Part shown: one piece after another, positions 42,288-54,000 of the stretch
How positions within the stretch are numbered: the stretch's first letter is position 1
Layout: each line of letters starts with the position of its first letter
Assembly (NCBI GenBank): GCA_027459725.1
Contig: DAIDHK010000005.1
Location: 17,612-81,611 of the forward strand
Origin: Candidatus Levyibacteriota bacterium
GTDB taxonomy: Bacteria; Patescibacteriota; Microgenomatia; Levybacterales; UBA12049
Direction: 5' to 3'
Length of the DNA: 64,000 nucleotides
Program-made: the position numbers and the translations under genes
The notes under the pieces: generated by a model
Databases searched by the model: none
Seen by the model: only the letters and a program-made list of their open reading frames with translations
What the model was told of the DNA's origin: nothing

Positions 42288-42887
42288 TCAGTAGATGAAA
42301 GGAACAAGCTTCTTAGTCCTCTTTTTATAATTTTCATATTCTGTTGGAAATTGTTTTAACATATGTTTTTCTTCTTTACCAAGACTATATATAAAATATA
42401 GTACAGAGCCAACGAAAAAGATCCAGAATATTACAAACACTAACGCGGAACCTAGCAATCCCAGAAGTATACCCGAATAAATAGGATGTCTTACATAGGC
42501 GTATGGACCGGATGTTACCAAACTAGGCTTCTGCTTTATTGCCATGGGCATACCCCAGTTCTTTCCTAGATTAACTCTTGCCCAGATCGCAAATGCTATC
42601 CCCATAACAGTAATACCAACACCAATCCAACCAAGAATATAATCCGACGAGACAAACAAATAGGACCTGAGGTGTTGAGCATAATTCTTAAATTGATTTT
42701 GAAACAAGTGAGTAAATATCGGAGTGTGAGCAAGGAATAAAAAGATCAATACAATTCCTAATCGCAAACTTATACTACTCAGAAATGTGGAACCTTTAAT
42801 CGTTTTTTTTACTCCTATGGCAGCAAACAACCAATAAGTATAAAAAACTATCCAACATAATATTATAATTTCAATAAAAATAAACAT
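42288..42887 (-). CDS. Isoprenylcysteine carboxyl methyltransferase (ICMT)/phospholipid methyltransferase family membrane protein
   Basis: C-terminal VRHPIYSGILLGLLGSAL ... EEKHMLKQFPTEYENYKKRT matches the ICMT/PEMT RHPxY...E motif. Confidence 0.55.
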   Translation of the reverse strand: MFIFIEIIILCWIVFYTYWLFAAIGVKKTIKGSTFLSSISLRLGIVLIFLFLAHTPIFTHLFQNQFKNYAQHLRSYLFVSSDYILGWIGVGITVMGIAFAIWARVNLGKNWGMPMAIKQKPSLVTSGPYAYVRHPIYSGILLGLLGSALVFVIFWIFFVGSVLYFIYSLGKEEKHMLKQFPTEYENYKKRTKKLVPFIY

Positions 42888-43081
42888 ATTCTGATTCTAA
42901 CATTATTTTTTTTATAGCTAATAATGATTTGTTTTCAAATTGATATATTAAATAGATTATGAATACAATAGTAATCAGCCTATATTAGATACAAAAGTAT
43001 AGTGAATATTTTATATTACTTTGATTCTTAAATATGGCATATTTGTCATTTTCAATTCATATTGTTTAGTTAAAAGAAGAT

Positions 43082-45814
43082 ATGCAATTAATAAAACAAA
43101 TCTATTTGAAACCGTTTATACAATCAAAAATAATACCACTGATTAAATATATGAGGTCAAAAAAACTTGTTTTTGGCATAATCCTCTTTGTTGTGTTTTT
43201 GAGTGTTGGAGTATTCCTTATCTACAAAGCACAGCAAATATTTCCCACTATTCCGGTTCTATCAAACAATGCCTGGAATAGTCAAAAAGCTGAATACCTA
43301 GCAAGGAGTGTCTATCTTAATCCCACTGAGAGTGATATTCAAAAACTCACACAAGCCGGAAGTGTACAAAACGCAGTAAATATAATCTTTACCTCTCCTT
43401 CACAACAAGATGAGCAGCAATATAATCAAGGTCTACAACATCTTGCTAATAAGAAGAATTCATATAAGTCGCAAGTTACATATGAAGATACCCTTTATGC
43501 ATATCAGTTAGTACACGATCCAGACCGTGTAAGACGTAAACTATATTATCTATGGGAGAACATTTTCTCAGTGGATGCTCCTGATAAAGGTAAAAAAATA
43601 ACACTTAACGACGCTAAAATTCTTCATCAAATGCTTTACGACAATGCGTATGGGAATTATATCCAGCTGGTTAACAATGTAGAAAATAATTATGCTATGG
43701 CACAATACTTGGATTTGACAGCCTCAACTGCCAAAAATCCTAATGAGAATTTTGCAAGAGAGTTAATGCAGCTATTTCTAATCGGACCCTACACTCCGCT
43801 AGATCATAATAGAACAACACTTAATTATTCAGATCAGGATGTGAATAGTCTTGCATATATTCTAACTGGCTTTACCTCAAATAAAACCAACCATGCAATA
43901 TACTTTGATGAAAAGAGGCACTATACTCACCTCAAACCATTCCTGGGACAGGAGTACAATGATCCACTAGGTGCAATTGATTATATCGTTCAACAAAGAA
44001 AAACTCAGGCAGGAGAATTTTTGGCAAATAAACTTCTGCAATATTATGTTAGCGACAATCCATCGGATCAGGACATTAGTACCTTTTCAAATATAATCAT
44101 ACAAAATAATTTTGAAATACTACCTTCACTCAAATGGCTTTTTGAGTCCAACTTGATGTATCAATCTAAATACATGTCAGAAGACAAATATAAAACACCA
44201 ATGGATTTAGTTAGTTCTTACTATACAATTCTGTATGGCAACAATAACTACACGGTCATTCCTGATTCTCAAATCCTGACAGATCTGAATTTTAGGCCTT
44301 ACAATCCGGGAAGTATTTTTGGTAGAGACGGGTTTAATAACAATATTCTTTTCTATTCGGGAACAATAATTAATAGATGGATTTCAGATTCTTATAAACT
44401 TCTGCATAATATACCCGCGCGGAATATTCCATCTATCTTTTCTCAACTTATTACGGATCCAAACTCCATTCACTCCCCATCAGATCTGATCAATGCTATT
44501 TCTATGAAGCTATATTTAGGCCGGGATCTTCCAGAATCGGTTAGGCAATCTTTAGAAAAATATCTTATTACTTCTGATACCGGGAAAAGAATTAATTTTA
44601 ACATCAATAATTCTGTATACCTCCGCTCTAAATTACCTGAATTACTAAGTTTCATGATTATTCAACCCGAATTTTTAACTCAAAGTGGAAATATACAAGC
44701 AGTTAGTCTTCCATCAATAACCCAAGTTAATGGCGGAGAACAATCAAAACTCATCGTTGTACGCGTACGAGGTGGATGGGATTTTCAAGGTATTTGGGCA
44801 AACACGAGTGATCCGGCATATTTAACAAACAGAAAACAAATGGCACTAAACTCATCTAATGCGACATCTTTGGGTAATGGATATATGTTAAATAATGCTG
44901 CTAGTAGTTTACTTCCGCTTCTTCAAGCAAAACAAGCATTTCTTGTGTCATCTGTTGGTCTGCCGGACCATTCACGCGCTCACGATATTGCGGGTTTGCA
45001 AATGGAAACAGGAGATAGTCAAAATCAAAACGGTATTTTAGCTCAACTATCTCAGGCAGAACCTACGACTAATCTTATTACTCTGACCAACACTGCGCCA
45101 GTCATGACAAAAGGAGCACAGAGTCTACAGATCGGCTCAACTAGTCTAGTTCTCTACCCATCGGGTAAAAAACAAAATGTGAAGAGTCAAAATAATGCTG
45201 CATTAGAGAATAATTTAAAACAAATTTTGTCTAATAGACTATATCCTAAACCATTAGCCATCTACTACACACAAGCATTATTACTGGATAAATTAGCACA
45301 AGAGGATATTGCTCAGGGAGGTAGTGGCACACCTGGTGGCACAAATGCAACCCAAACTCCATTTTTAGAAAAACTTATTTCTAACAACATTGGGAATACA
45401 TATTATCTTTATGCGGATAATAGTTATGATCATCATGCACATGAAGACGAGTTATTAAATAAAGATATTCAGACTTTATTTAATAATTTTGTTAATTTTT
45501 ATAATGTTGAAAAGACAAATACAAAACTAACCATAGTCTTCTTTTCAGAATTCGGAAGGACAGATAAAATTAATGGGAGTAATGGGACAGATCATGGACA
45601 AGGTGGCGGTATGGTTATATTGAGTAATGTACTTAGTTTACCAGAAATCACAGGAACAATAACTCCTAGTAAAGATCCCCACAACTGGACTAATGTACAA
45701 GTGGACGAGAGAGATGTTTGGGCTACAATATTTAATAAGCTTTATGGTCTCCCACAAGATTCAATATTCGGAAGAAATACACCTCTTTCAACTTATCCTG
45801 TCGCCGTTGAGTAA
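43082..45814 (+). CDS. Fusion protein: DUF1800-like N-terminal half + DUF1501-like (sulfatase-fold) C-terminal half, exported
   Basis: N-terminal TM. YYLWENIFSV resembles the DUF1800 FW.NHF motif. C-terminal VFFSEFGRTDKINGSNGTDHGQGGGMVIL matches the DUF1501 SEFGRT...G.DHG signature. Confidence 0.6.
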   Translation: MQLIKQIYLKPFIQSKIIPLIKYMRSKKLVFGIILFVVFLSVGVFLIYKAQQIFPTIPVLSNNAWNSQKAEYLARSVYLNPTESDIQKLTQAGSVQNAVNIIFTSPSQQDEQQYNQGLQHLANKKNSYKSQVTYEDTLYAYQLVHDPDRVRRKLYYLWENIFSVDAPDKGKKITLNDAKILHQMLYDNAYGNYIQLVNNVENNYAMAQYLDLTASTAKNPNENFARELMQLFLIGPYTPLDHNRTTLNYSDQDVNSLAYILTGFTSNKTNHAIYFDEKRHYTHLKPFLGQEYNDPLGAIDYIVQQRKTQAGEFLANKLLQYYVSDNPSDQDISTFSNIIIQNNFEILPSLKWLFESNLMYQSKYMSEDKYKTPMDLVSSYYTILYGNNNYTVIPDSQILTDLNFRPYNPGSIFGRDGFNNNILFYSGTIINRWISDSYKLLHNIPARNIPSIFSQLITDPNSIHSPSDLINAISMKLYLGRDLPESVRQSLEKYLITSDTGKRINFNINNSVYLRSKLPELLSFMIIQPEFLTQSGNIQAVSLPSITQVNGGEQSKLIVVRVRGGWDFQGIWANTSDPAYLTNRKQMALNSSNATSLGNGYMLNNAASSLLPLLQAKQAFLVSSVGLPDHSRAHDIAGLQMETGDSQNQNGILAQLSQAEPTTNLITLTNTAPVMTKGAQSLQIGSTSLVLYPSGKKQNVKSQNNAALENNLKQILSNRLYPKPLAIYYTQALLLDKLAQEDIAQGGSGTPGGTNATQTPFLEKLISNNIGNTYYLYADNSYDHHAHEDELLNKDIQTLFNNFVNFYNVEKTNTKLTIVFFSEFGRTDKINGSNGTDHGQGGGMVILSNVLSLPEITGTITPSKDPHNWTNVQVDERDVWATIFNKLYGLPQDSIFGRNTPLSTYPVAVE

Positions 45815-45999
45815 AGAGTAACATAAGAGGCAAAATAATTATGTATTCATTAGTTTAATTAAAGTATTAAGCTTTTAAGAATTCAATAAGTAGTTCAAAT
45901 CAATTTATGTCATTTGTTGCTAGCTAATTATCAATTCTTTCATTGTCAATTAAATAGAAACGCCCAACTCCAATAACCTCAACTGTTATAATATATGAT

Positions 46000-46530
46000 A
46001 TGCAACTTATCTTAATATACGGTGCTCCTGGAACTGGGAAATTAACAGTAGCAAAAGCTCTTTCTAAAAAGATAAATTTTACTTTATTTCATAATCATAT
46101 TATTTTGAACGCTTTAAGTGAAGTATTTGGATATGATAGTGATATAAGAAGAACGCTTGAGAAAGAATTTCGCTTACGAATTATTGAAGAAGCAATAAAA
46201 GCAAATATAAATATAATATTAACAGGTGTAATTACAAGAGATAATGAAGAATTTTACAGAATAATAATAACAACTGTGTCGCATAATAATGGAGAATGTT
46301 TACTTGTTTATCTTTCTGTAAACAAAGATGTTCTGGAGAAACGCATTGAAGAAGATTCACGAAAAAAACTTAAAAAGATAAGTACTAAAAAGCGATTAGA
46401 GGAATGGTTGCGACAATATCCTGAATCTTTTGAGAAAATTGATTTTCCGAATCATTTCTCAGTTGATACTACAATAATGTCCCCTACTAAAGTAGCAGAT
46501 AATATTATTAGATATTACAATTTGACATAA
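46000..46530 (+). CDS. P-loop NTPase / small AAA-type kinase
   Basis: Walker A LIYGAPGTGKLTVAK at the N-terminus; 176 aa. Confidence 0.5.
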   Translation: MQLILIYGAPGTGKLTVAKALSKKINFTLFHNHIILNALSEVFGYDSDIRRTLEKEFRLRIIEEAIKANINIILTGVITRDNEEFYRIIITTVSHNNGECLLVYLSVNKDVLEKRIEEDSRKKLKKISTKKRLEEWLRQYPESFEKIDFPNHFSVDTTIMSPTKVADNIIRYYNLT

Positions 46531-46999
46531 ATGGGAGATGTGAATACCAGTGTGTTAATAATATTGCAATATTACAATTTAGAACTACTAGTTTTAGTAG
46601 GTTATGGATTAGATAAGTATCTACAAACTAAGACAGGAATTCAAGCTCTAGAACTTGCCTCTAGGAATAAATATCACTTAGCTAGGTAAAATAAATCTCT
46701 TAGTGATCTTTATTAATGTGACAATTTTTTTCATTAGCCTTGTTTTGGACAAGGGGTCATCATTTATTCTGACAAAAATAAATCTTCATCCGGAAATCTA
46801 AATAAAGGTTATTTGGACGACGTAAATGAATAGATCTATTTTCAATACTATTCGAGTAGAGAAAATTATAATCAGACCTATAATTATCTTTAATTCGGGA
46901 AAAGTGATAAAATATACTATCCTATATAACCCATTGGTGAATATAGGATGGCACTTTAACATTGATAATAGGAATAATTTTTCTCGAAAGGAAAGAGCA

Positions 47000-48742
47000 A
47001 TGAAGCATCCTGAAGAATTCCACGTAAAGCGGGTATCAGTATTTACACCCGCTCAGGAGCGGGAATATACCTGGCTTGTGGTAATCTGGGCTATGGTAAA
47101 CATTTATTTCTGGGGCTGGTGGTTCTGGCAGACGCCCTTTAGTTTAGGGCTTTATGTCATAGCTACTATCTGTATGATCTATACGATAACTGCCCTACCT
47201 ACGTTCTATCTCTTCTACGTTGGGGCAATGAGTAAACCCCAAAGAATAGACGCGCAGGAGGCAATCACGGCAGGGGTTGTAAAACGCATTGCCATGATAA
47301 CACTGCATGTTCCCGGTTCGGAGAACATGGAGATTGTAGAAAGACAACTTCGCGCTATGATCGCAGTTGAGATTCCACATGATTCGTGGATTCTCGTTGA
47401 CAAATATCATGATGAAAAAATAAAACGTCTGGCTGAAGAACTGGGCGTTAAATATTTTTGCCGTCATGATAAAGATTATTGGGGTGAGACCCGCGTACAC
47501 CACTGGAATCAGCCAGTTCCACCTTTTCAGGCCAAGACAAAGGCCGGAAATGTGAATGCGTGGATCGAAACCTATGGCGAGGATTACACGCATTTTGTTC
47601 AGCTGGACATAGATCATGTCCCCAAGCCTTTTTATTTACAAGAGACACTGGGATATTTTCTTGACCCGCGCGTCGCATGGGTACAAAGTCCCAGTGTATA
47701 TGGGAACCTGAACAAGTGGACAGCTAGGGGGTCTGCCGAGCAGGAATTTGTCCTGCAGGGACCCCTTCAAATGGGGTTTTACGGTTTTTGCAAAACTCCG
47801 TTTATTATAGGATCGCACTGTGCATACAGCACAGAAGCGATCGTAAAGATAGGAGGTTTCGCGCCTACAAGGGCCGAAGATCATCTCGATACCGTAATTC
47901 TCGCCTCGCAAGGATATGAGGGAGTATTTGTACCTGATATCCTCGCAGTAGGTGATGGACCGGAGACATTCGAGACATACATCGCCCAGCAATTTGCCTG
48001 GGCGTATAGCATGATCCAGGTTTTGTTCAAGTATACCCCGCACCTTATGCGAAGGTATACTAAAAGACAAGCATTGCAGTTCTTGTTTGTCCAGACCTGG
48101 TATACACTATGGTCTGGAACAACATTTACACTATTTCTTCTCCCACCTGTTGTTTTAATAACTAACAGCGGGATTGCCAGGGTAAGCTTCTGGCAGTTTA
48201 GTTTACATCTGCTGCCAGTTGCACTGGTGAGCTTTCTTATTTGGGGGTGGAGCCGTGAATGGCATAAACCTCAAAACCTTAGTCTTAGTTGGCGGGGTGT
48301 AGTTTTGCACGTCGCCCGCTGGCCGGTGGTTTTGAGCGCCTTTATTCAGGTAATCCTGAGGGTGAAAAAACCCTATATGATTACCATAAAAGGCATGCAT
48401 AGGGGAATGAACAGACCTTTCTCGTTCTTCACCCACGCTCCCTACCTACTCATTGCAGGTGCTTCGCTGGCATCCTGTTGGGAGTATATGCTCACCACTA
48501 ATACCAGCCATGCGCAGGGCTATTTACTCTTCGCCTGGCAGGAGGCGGTAGTAATTCTCATAGTTTATCTGGTTGCGCTTAGCAACGAGATATTTGATAT
48601 GAAAAAGGAAGGAGTTGATCTTATCAAATTACTGACCATAAGAGTGAAGCCTCTAATGGTCGCGTTGGTTTTTTTGATGTTCACACTGATCACATTTAGT
48701 GCATCAGCTGTACACATCATTTCAGCTGTTTTCAGCCTTTAG
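47000..48742 (+). CDS. Family-2 glycosyltransferase (cellulose-synthase-like), paralog of 37820-41062
   Basis: PHDSWILVD, KAGNVNAWIETYG, LDIDHVP and QQFAWAY (QxxRW variant with R to A), with flanking TM helices. The start was taken at the Met preceded by GGAAAGAG; the ORF opens at 46826. GC is about 53%. Confidence 0.75.
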   Translation: MKHPEEFHVKRVSVFTPAQEREYTWLVVIWAMVNIYFWGWWFWQTPFSLGLYVIATICMIYTITALPTFYLFYVGAMSKPQRIDAQEAITAGVVKRIAMITLHVPGSENMEIVERQLRAMIAVEIPHDSWILVDKYHDEKIKRLAEELGVKYFCRHDKDYWGETRVHHWNQPVPPFQAKTKAGNVNAWIETYGEDYTHFVQLDIDHVPKPFYLQETLGYFLDPRVAWVQSPSVYGNLNKWTARGSAEQEFVLQGPLQMGFYGFCKTPFIIGSHCAYSTEAIVKIGGFAPTRAEDHLDTVILASQGYEGVFVPDILAVGDGPETFETYIAQQFAWAYSMIQVLFKYTPHLMRRYTKRQALQFLFVQTWYTLWSGTTFTLFLLPPVVLITNSGIARVSFWQFSLHLLPVALVSFLIWGWSREWHKPQNLSLSWRGVVLHVARWPVVLSAFIQVILRVKKPYMITIKGMHRGMNRPFSFFTHAPYLLIAGASLASCWEYMLTTNTSHAQGYLLFAWQEAVVILIVYLVALSNEIFDMKKEGVDLIKLLTIRVKPLMVALVFLMFTLITFSASAVHIISAVFSL

Positions 48743-48755
48743 AAAGGAGCCTCTG

Positions 48756-49700
48756 ATGAAGGGTTTGTTTATCCTCCTCGTTCTGGTCATTTTAGTTCCA
48801 CTGCTGCCGGTTAAGGCAGCTAGCGGGATGGGGATTATAACTCTTCCAAGGACCAGGATGTTCCTGGGGGTTTACGACCCGGGGAACATCTTCGATAAAA
48901 AGAAGATGGATGTTGAGGAAGAGTTTGTCCCTTGGGACAAATCACCCCTTCCCTTTCTGGCCCAGGCAAGAAAAGAAGGGAGGTTTCCTCTGCTAACAGT
49001 GGAAGCCAAAGTCAGTGCAGACGGTGTGCAAAGTGTCTTGACCGACACTATCAAGGGTAAAAATGATCTACTGATCAAAAAACTGGCTCTTGAGATAAAG
49101 AGCCAGGCACCACAGCAAATCATGGTCAGGTTTTTCCATGAGATGGACCTGAGTGTCTATCCATGGGGAGATCAGAACCCCAAAATCTTCATTGCGGCGT
49201 GGCGACACGTCGTAAATGTATTCAAAGCTCTAGGGGTTGATAATATCTGGTGGGTATGGTCACCCGCCGGCAATCCCAACGCCCCGGAGTATTATCCGGG
49301 AAAGTCCTACGTATCCTTCGTAGGCTTGACGATCCTAGACTCCGCAGTCTGGGATATTTTATATGGAAACAGTAAACCATTAACCTTTAAACAAATCTTC
49401 AACCAGCGATACCAGCTGGTTAAGAGATTTGATAAACCTATTATCATTGCTGAATTTGGAGTCGCCCCGCCTAAGGGATTAACCCCAAGGCAGGGATACC
49501 AATATCAGGTAAATTGGATGTGGAAAGCTCGAGCGGATTTTACCGAGTTTCCACTCCTAGCGGGCGTTGTGTATTTCAACGCCATCAATGCCCCCTATCC
49601 GGGGGATAAAAAGTTTGGGCGACCTGACTGGAGAATATTCCCAGACATGATCTGGGATCCAGGCATGATGCCTGTACTAAAAGTCAAGTTGCCAGACTAG
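48756..49700 (+). CDS. GH26-like glycoside hydrolase, exported; paralog of 36769-37791
   Basis: SD AAAGGAG 7 nt upstream; signal peptide MKGLFILLVLVILVPLLPVKA; MVRFFHEMDLSVYPWG (GH26-type R..HEM..W); IIIAEFGV (candidate nucleophile E.G). Confidence 0.55.
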   Translation: MKGLFILLVLVILVPLLPVKAASGMGIITLPRTRMFLGVYDPGNIFDKKKMDVEEEFVPWDKSPLPFLAQARKEGRFPLLTVEAKVSADGVQSVLTDTIKGKNDLLIKKLALEIKSQAPQQIMVRFFHEMDLSVYPWGDQNPKIFIAAWRHVVNVFKALGVDNIWWVWSPAGNPNAPEYYPGKSYVSFVGLTILDSAVWDILYGNSKPLTFKQIFNQRYQLVKRFDKPIIIAEFGVAPPKGLTPRQGYQYQVNWMWKARADFTEFPLLAGVVYFNAINAPYPGDKKFGRPDWRIFPDMIWDPGMMPVLKVKLPD

Positions 49701-49957
49701 TTTAAATACTCTGAAAAGGCATCAGGGAGCAATCCTAATTTGCGATGTCCTTAGTAGGAGCCGCCGGCGTCGGTAACGCCATTAGTTAATTAATGCACCG
49801 CTTTACGGTGCAGCATGTGCAGCTTTGCACGAATCCCAGGCGATTGAGCCGGGGGGGAATGCATCGCTTAAACGGGCTGCGATACCGAGGCGGTGCTTTT
49901 CCTTTAAAACAGGAATACTTATCTTTTTACGCTGATAGAGTAAAATATCTGAAACTG

Positions 49958-50293
49958 TCACTTCTTCAGATTGTATTTTAGTAAAAATAATTCATTTAAA
50001 ACTCTCAGGAGAATATAGGTTATACCAAACAAAAAATTTATCTCTTTAATAATAACTGTCGCAGACACCGCATAGATAATAGACTTATAAATATAATTAG
50101 ACAAGGCAGTTGCTTTCCTGGAGGCTTTAGGCGCAATAAACAAACTCCAGAAAATTATCAGGCCTGCAAAAAGACATACATCCAGAATATTCTGCAATAT
50201 TTTATCTGAAGATAAAGGTACAGCACTAAATCCAAACCTAATAAACGCTACTATCTCTTGAAAAAAAGCTAACGCCAGTAAAACTGAGGCCAT
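49958..50293 (-). CDS. Hypothetical small membrane protein (3 TM)
   Basis: ORF only. Confidence 0.35.
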   Translation of the reverse strand: MASVLLALAFFQEIVAFIRFGFSAVPLSSDKILQNILDVCLFAGLIIFWSLFIAPKASRKATALSNYIYKSIIYAVSATVIIKEINFLFGITYILLRVLNELFLLKYNLKK

Positions 50294-50500
50294 TGAGTTA
50301 TCCTTTATCTTATAACAGTAAGAGTTTTATTTAATATACATTGCCATTTCGATACGATCAATGTATTCATTACTATACAAACGGTAAAAAATACCCCGGT
50401 TTGATTACATCCAAGAAGATTAAATTACACTACGATTTAGGTAGTTGTAACCTCAAATTGATAAAAAAGATTAGTAGCAAGCCTAAGATATATACTACTA

Positions 50501-50992
50501 ATGTTTTTGCAGATAAACATGGTAATTTTGTTCGAGCAAATTTGCTATTGTAAAAAATGTTATGTATACTTTTGTCGCATGTTTCGTCGATCAAAACATC
50601 ATCTGAAATTAGTTACTAAGTTACCCGCTCAACGCAGCTTGTTGCAACGCATAGGACAAAATTTAATCAATACCATGGCACCACCCACTCCAAAAGAGCC
50701 AACAGAGCTGACTTCATATATATCCAGAGTATTACAGGGTAAAGCCAATATTCCAAGCGTAGACATATATAGCCAAAATAATACCTTTTTGGAAAATGTG
50801 TCGTTTGACCCCAAAACAAGGACATGGTTAGCAGATATTCGCCTCACTGATCCACAAGGAGAAAATGCACAGATTAGAACCATAAGTGCCAGACAAGATA
50901 CTACGGGAGATGTTCAAATGGGATGGTTTGATCGTGGTAAAATAGTCCCAATATCCTCAGAACATCATAGACATGGCCGTGAACGGGAATAA
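50501..50992 (+). CDS. Hypothetical protein
   Basis: ORF only, no motif. It lies upstream of the giant surface protein gene. Confidence 0.3.
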   Translation: MFLQINMVILFEQICYCKKCYVYFCRMFRRSKHHLKLVTKLPAQRSLLQRIGQNLINTMAPPTPKEPTELTSYISRVLQGKANIPSVDIYSQNNTFLENVSFDPKTRTWLADIRLTDPQGENAQIRTISARQDTTGDVQMGWFDRGKIVPISSEHHRHGRERE

Positions 50993-51097
50993 TCGGACGA
51001 AACCATAATCTATTAAGAATCAGTCAGCATACATTTGCAAATACACCATATCTAATCTAAAGTAAAAATATATTCGTTTGTTTGGGTATGTTTTGAT

Positions 51098-54000
51098 ATG
51101 CAAAAAGTTTTAAGCTCCATTTCCCAAATAACCAATCTTGTTACAAAGAATACTATGAAGCTTGCAGTATACCACATCCTCACTTACATTTTTTTTCTTT
51201 TTATATTTTTCTTCATTTTTCCAATATCAACTCAGGTATTTGCAGCCACAGCAACCTGGACTGATAACGGAGGAGATGGAAACTGGGGAACTTGCTCGAA
51301 CTGGTCTGGTGGAACAGGAACAAATGGATGTCCTGGATCATCTGATACAGCAACATTTGGAAGTGCATCCACAGCAAACGTTAGTATTAATTCCACAGTC
51401 AATGTGGCTGGAATCAATATTACCTCAGCATATACCGGAACCATCTCACAAGGATCATCGACTGTGACGATTGGTTCCTCAAACTACTCACAAGCAGGAG
51501 GGACATATACAGGAGGAACTGGAACAATAACAATTAACGGCAGCTATACGCTTTCTGGAGGAACTTTTACATCCTCTTCTGATACAACAAACGGTTTATC
51601 TTTTACGGGTAATTTTACTATATCTGGATCAGCAACTTTTAATAATAATGCCGGAATAGTTATATTTGATGGTTCTACGCAAACTCTTTCCTGTAATAAT
51701 ATCGTATTTAATAAAGTAGTTATTAACCAAGGATATGGTGGAGGAATAATAAACGTTGGGAGTAATTGCAACCTTCCCCTTGGAGCCAACCCTACTGTGA
51801 CCATAAACAGGAGTAGTGTTACCCTAAACGGTACATTAAGTGGCAGCGGCACATTGACATTGAGTACTTCATATGGTGACTATAACGGAACACTTACAAT
51901 TAACAGTACGGGCAGTCTTTCTGGATTTAGTGGAATAACCATAGGAAGCGGTACACCGGGACTAACGATTGCCGGGGCTACAGCTGATTTCAGCAGCTAT
52001 TCTCCTTTTTCAATCGGTTCGTTTACTCTCTCTTCAGGAACCTTTACTGGTCCTTCTTCCATGACCGTATACGGAGGGTTTTCAATTACGGGGGGTATAT
52101 TTAACGCTCCTACAACATTAACCTTTATGTATGCCAATACAATATCATGTAATAATGTCTCATTTAACACAGTTGTTATCAGTATGGGAAACAATGCCTC
52201 TAATGGACTCGTACCATTAACAATTGAGAGTAATTGTAATCTACCATTAGGAAATAATCCAACCGTAATAATAAATCGATACGGATTAATACTCAATGGA
52301 ACCCTGAGTGGAACGGGCACAATAACGTTTGGTAGTAATTTAAGCGATTATGACGGAACAATCACGTTTAATAGTGGTGGAGGATTATCAGGTTTTAATG
52401 GAGTAGCTGTGACTAATTATCCACCAACATTTACTTTTGCCGGGGCTACAGCTGATTTTAGCAGCTATTCCCCTTTTTCAATCGGTACATTAAACATAAC
52501 ATCTGGTACACTTACTGCTCCTTCATCCATGACCATAAATGGTGGCTTTTCAATTACTGGGGGTACATTTAATCCACCTGCAACTTTAACTTTTACTTAT
52601 GCTGATACCCTATCATGTAATAATGTGTCGTTTAATACTGTAGTGATTAATTTGGGTGACAATCAAAGCAGTAACAAAGGCCCAATGATAGTTGAGGGTA
52701 ATTGTAATCTACCTTTAGGTAATAATCCCACAGTAACGATAAACAGATATGGATTAACTCTTAATGGAACCCTGAGTGGAAGCGGTGCTTTAACTGTTGA
52801 TAATAATAATACAGATAACACCGGTTCTCTTACCTTTAACAGTAGTGGTATATTATCAGGTTTCAGTGGCTTAACTATTACTGGAGGTCCACCATTTATC
52901 ATCGGAGGAAATGTTACAGTACCTTCTTTAACTATTGCCTCAAATAGCTCAGTCTCAAATCCTGCGTCAGCATATACTCTTTCTATCACAGGTGCCCTTA
53001 TTAATAGTGCTGGTACGACGTTTGGCGGAACAAATCTCACTACGAATTTTACCGGCTCCTTTGCGACACTTGGAGGAAATATCACTTCCTCTGGTCCATG
53101 CTCGGTTACAGCAGGAACATTAAGTCTTAATGGGAACAATCTTTCCTGTACTAATCTTACTGTTGCATCTAATGGGACACTGCAACTACAAGGTGGTGAA
53201 TCAGTGACCACTCCCACACTCAATTCAGGATCAACTGTCAAATTTACCGGAACCAGCGGGACAAATAGTTACACTATCCCTTCCTGGAGTTATTCAGATT
53301 TAACAATCGATACAGGTGGAATGGGTACAAATACATTTAACGCCCCTTCTTCATTATCACTCGCAACGTTTACTCTTGCAAACGGCACCTTTGTCGCACC
53401 ATCAGGATCACTCGTTCTCACTGGTAACTTCGTCCATAATGGTGGCACTTTCACCAATAACTCCGGAACAGTCTCACTTACAGGGACATCCCAACAGATC
53501 AGCGGTTCTACCACTTTCCACAATTTGTCCAAAACAGTGAGTAATACTGATACGCTTGCTTTTGGAGCAGGAGATACCCAGACAGTTTCCGGATTATTGA
53601 CTCTACAAGGAGCTTCAGGTAACCTATTATCTCTTCGCTCAACTATAACGGGAACACAATGGAAGATAGATCCAATAGGGACAATTGTACTTTCTCATCT
53701 GAATATTAAAGATTCAGACAACATAGGATCAGTGATCAATCCGAACAATTACACAGATCTTGTCAACTCTGGCAACAATACCAACTGGCAATTTGACACT
53801 GCTTCCCCTACTATTAGCATCAACAGTGTGAGTTCATACACAACAAATACTACTCCAACTATTACCGGTACTGCAACAGATGGAGACGATACTGTTGCCT
53901 CAGTACAGTTTCAAATGGATAATATCAGTGGAAGTTGGACGACATGTTTGGCAACCGATAGTGACGGAAAGTTTGATCAAGCCTCTGTAACATTTTCTTG

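Noticed and set aside
49793-49900. Possible tRNA or tmRNA-like element in the GC-rich segment (gcacgaatccc resembles a T-arm)
   Set aside because: I could not fold a cloverleaf. No acceptor stem/CCA context, no anticodon arm, and no GTTCGAATC-type T-loop.
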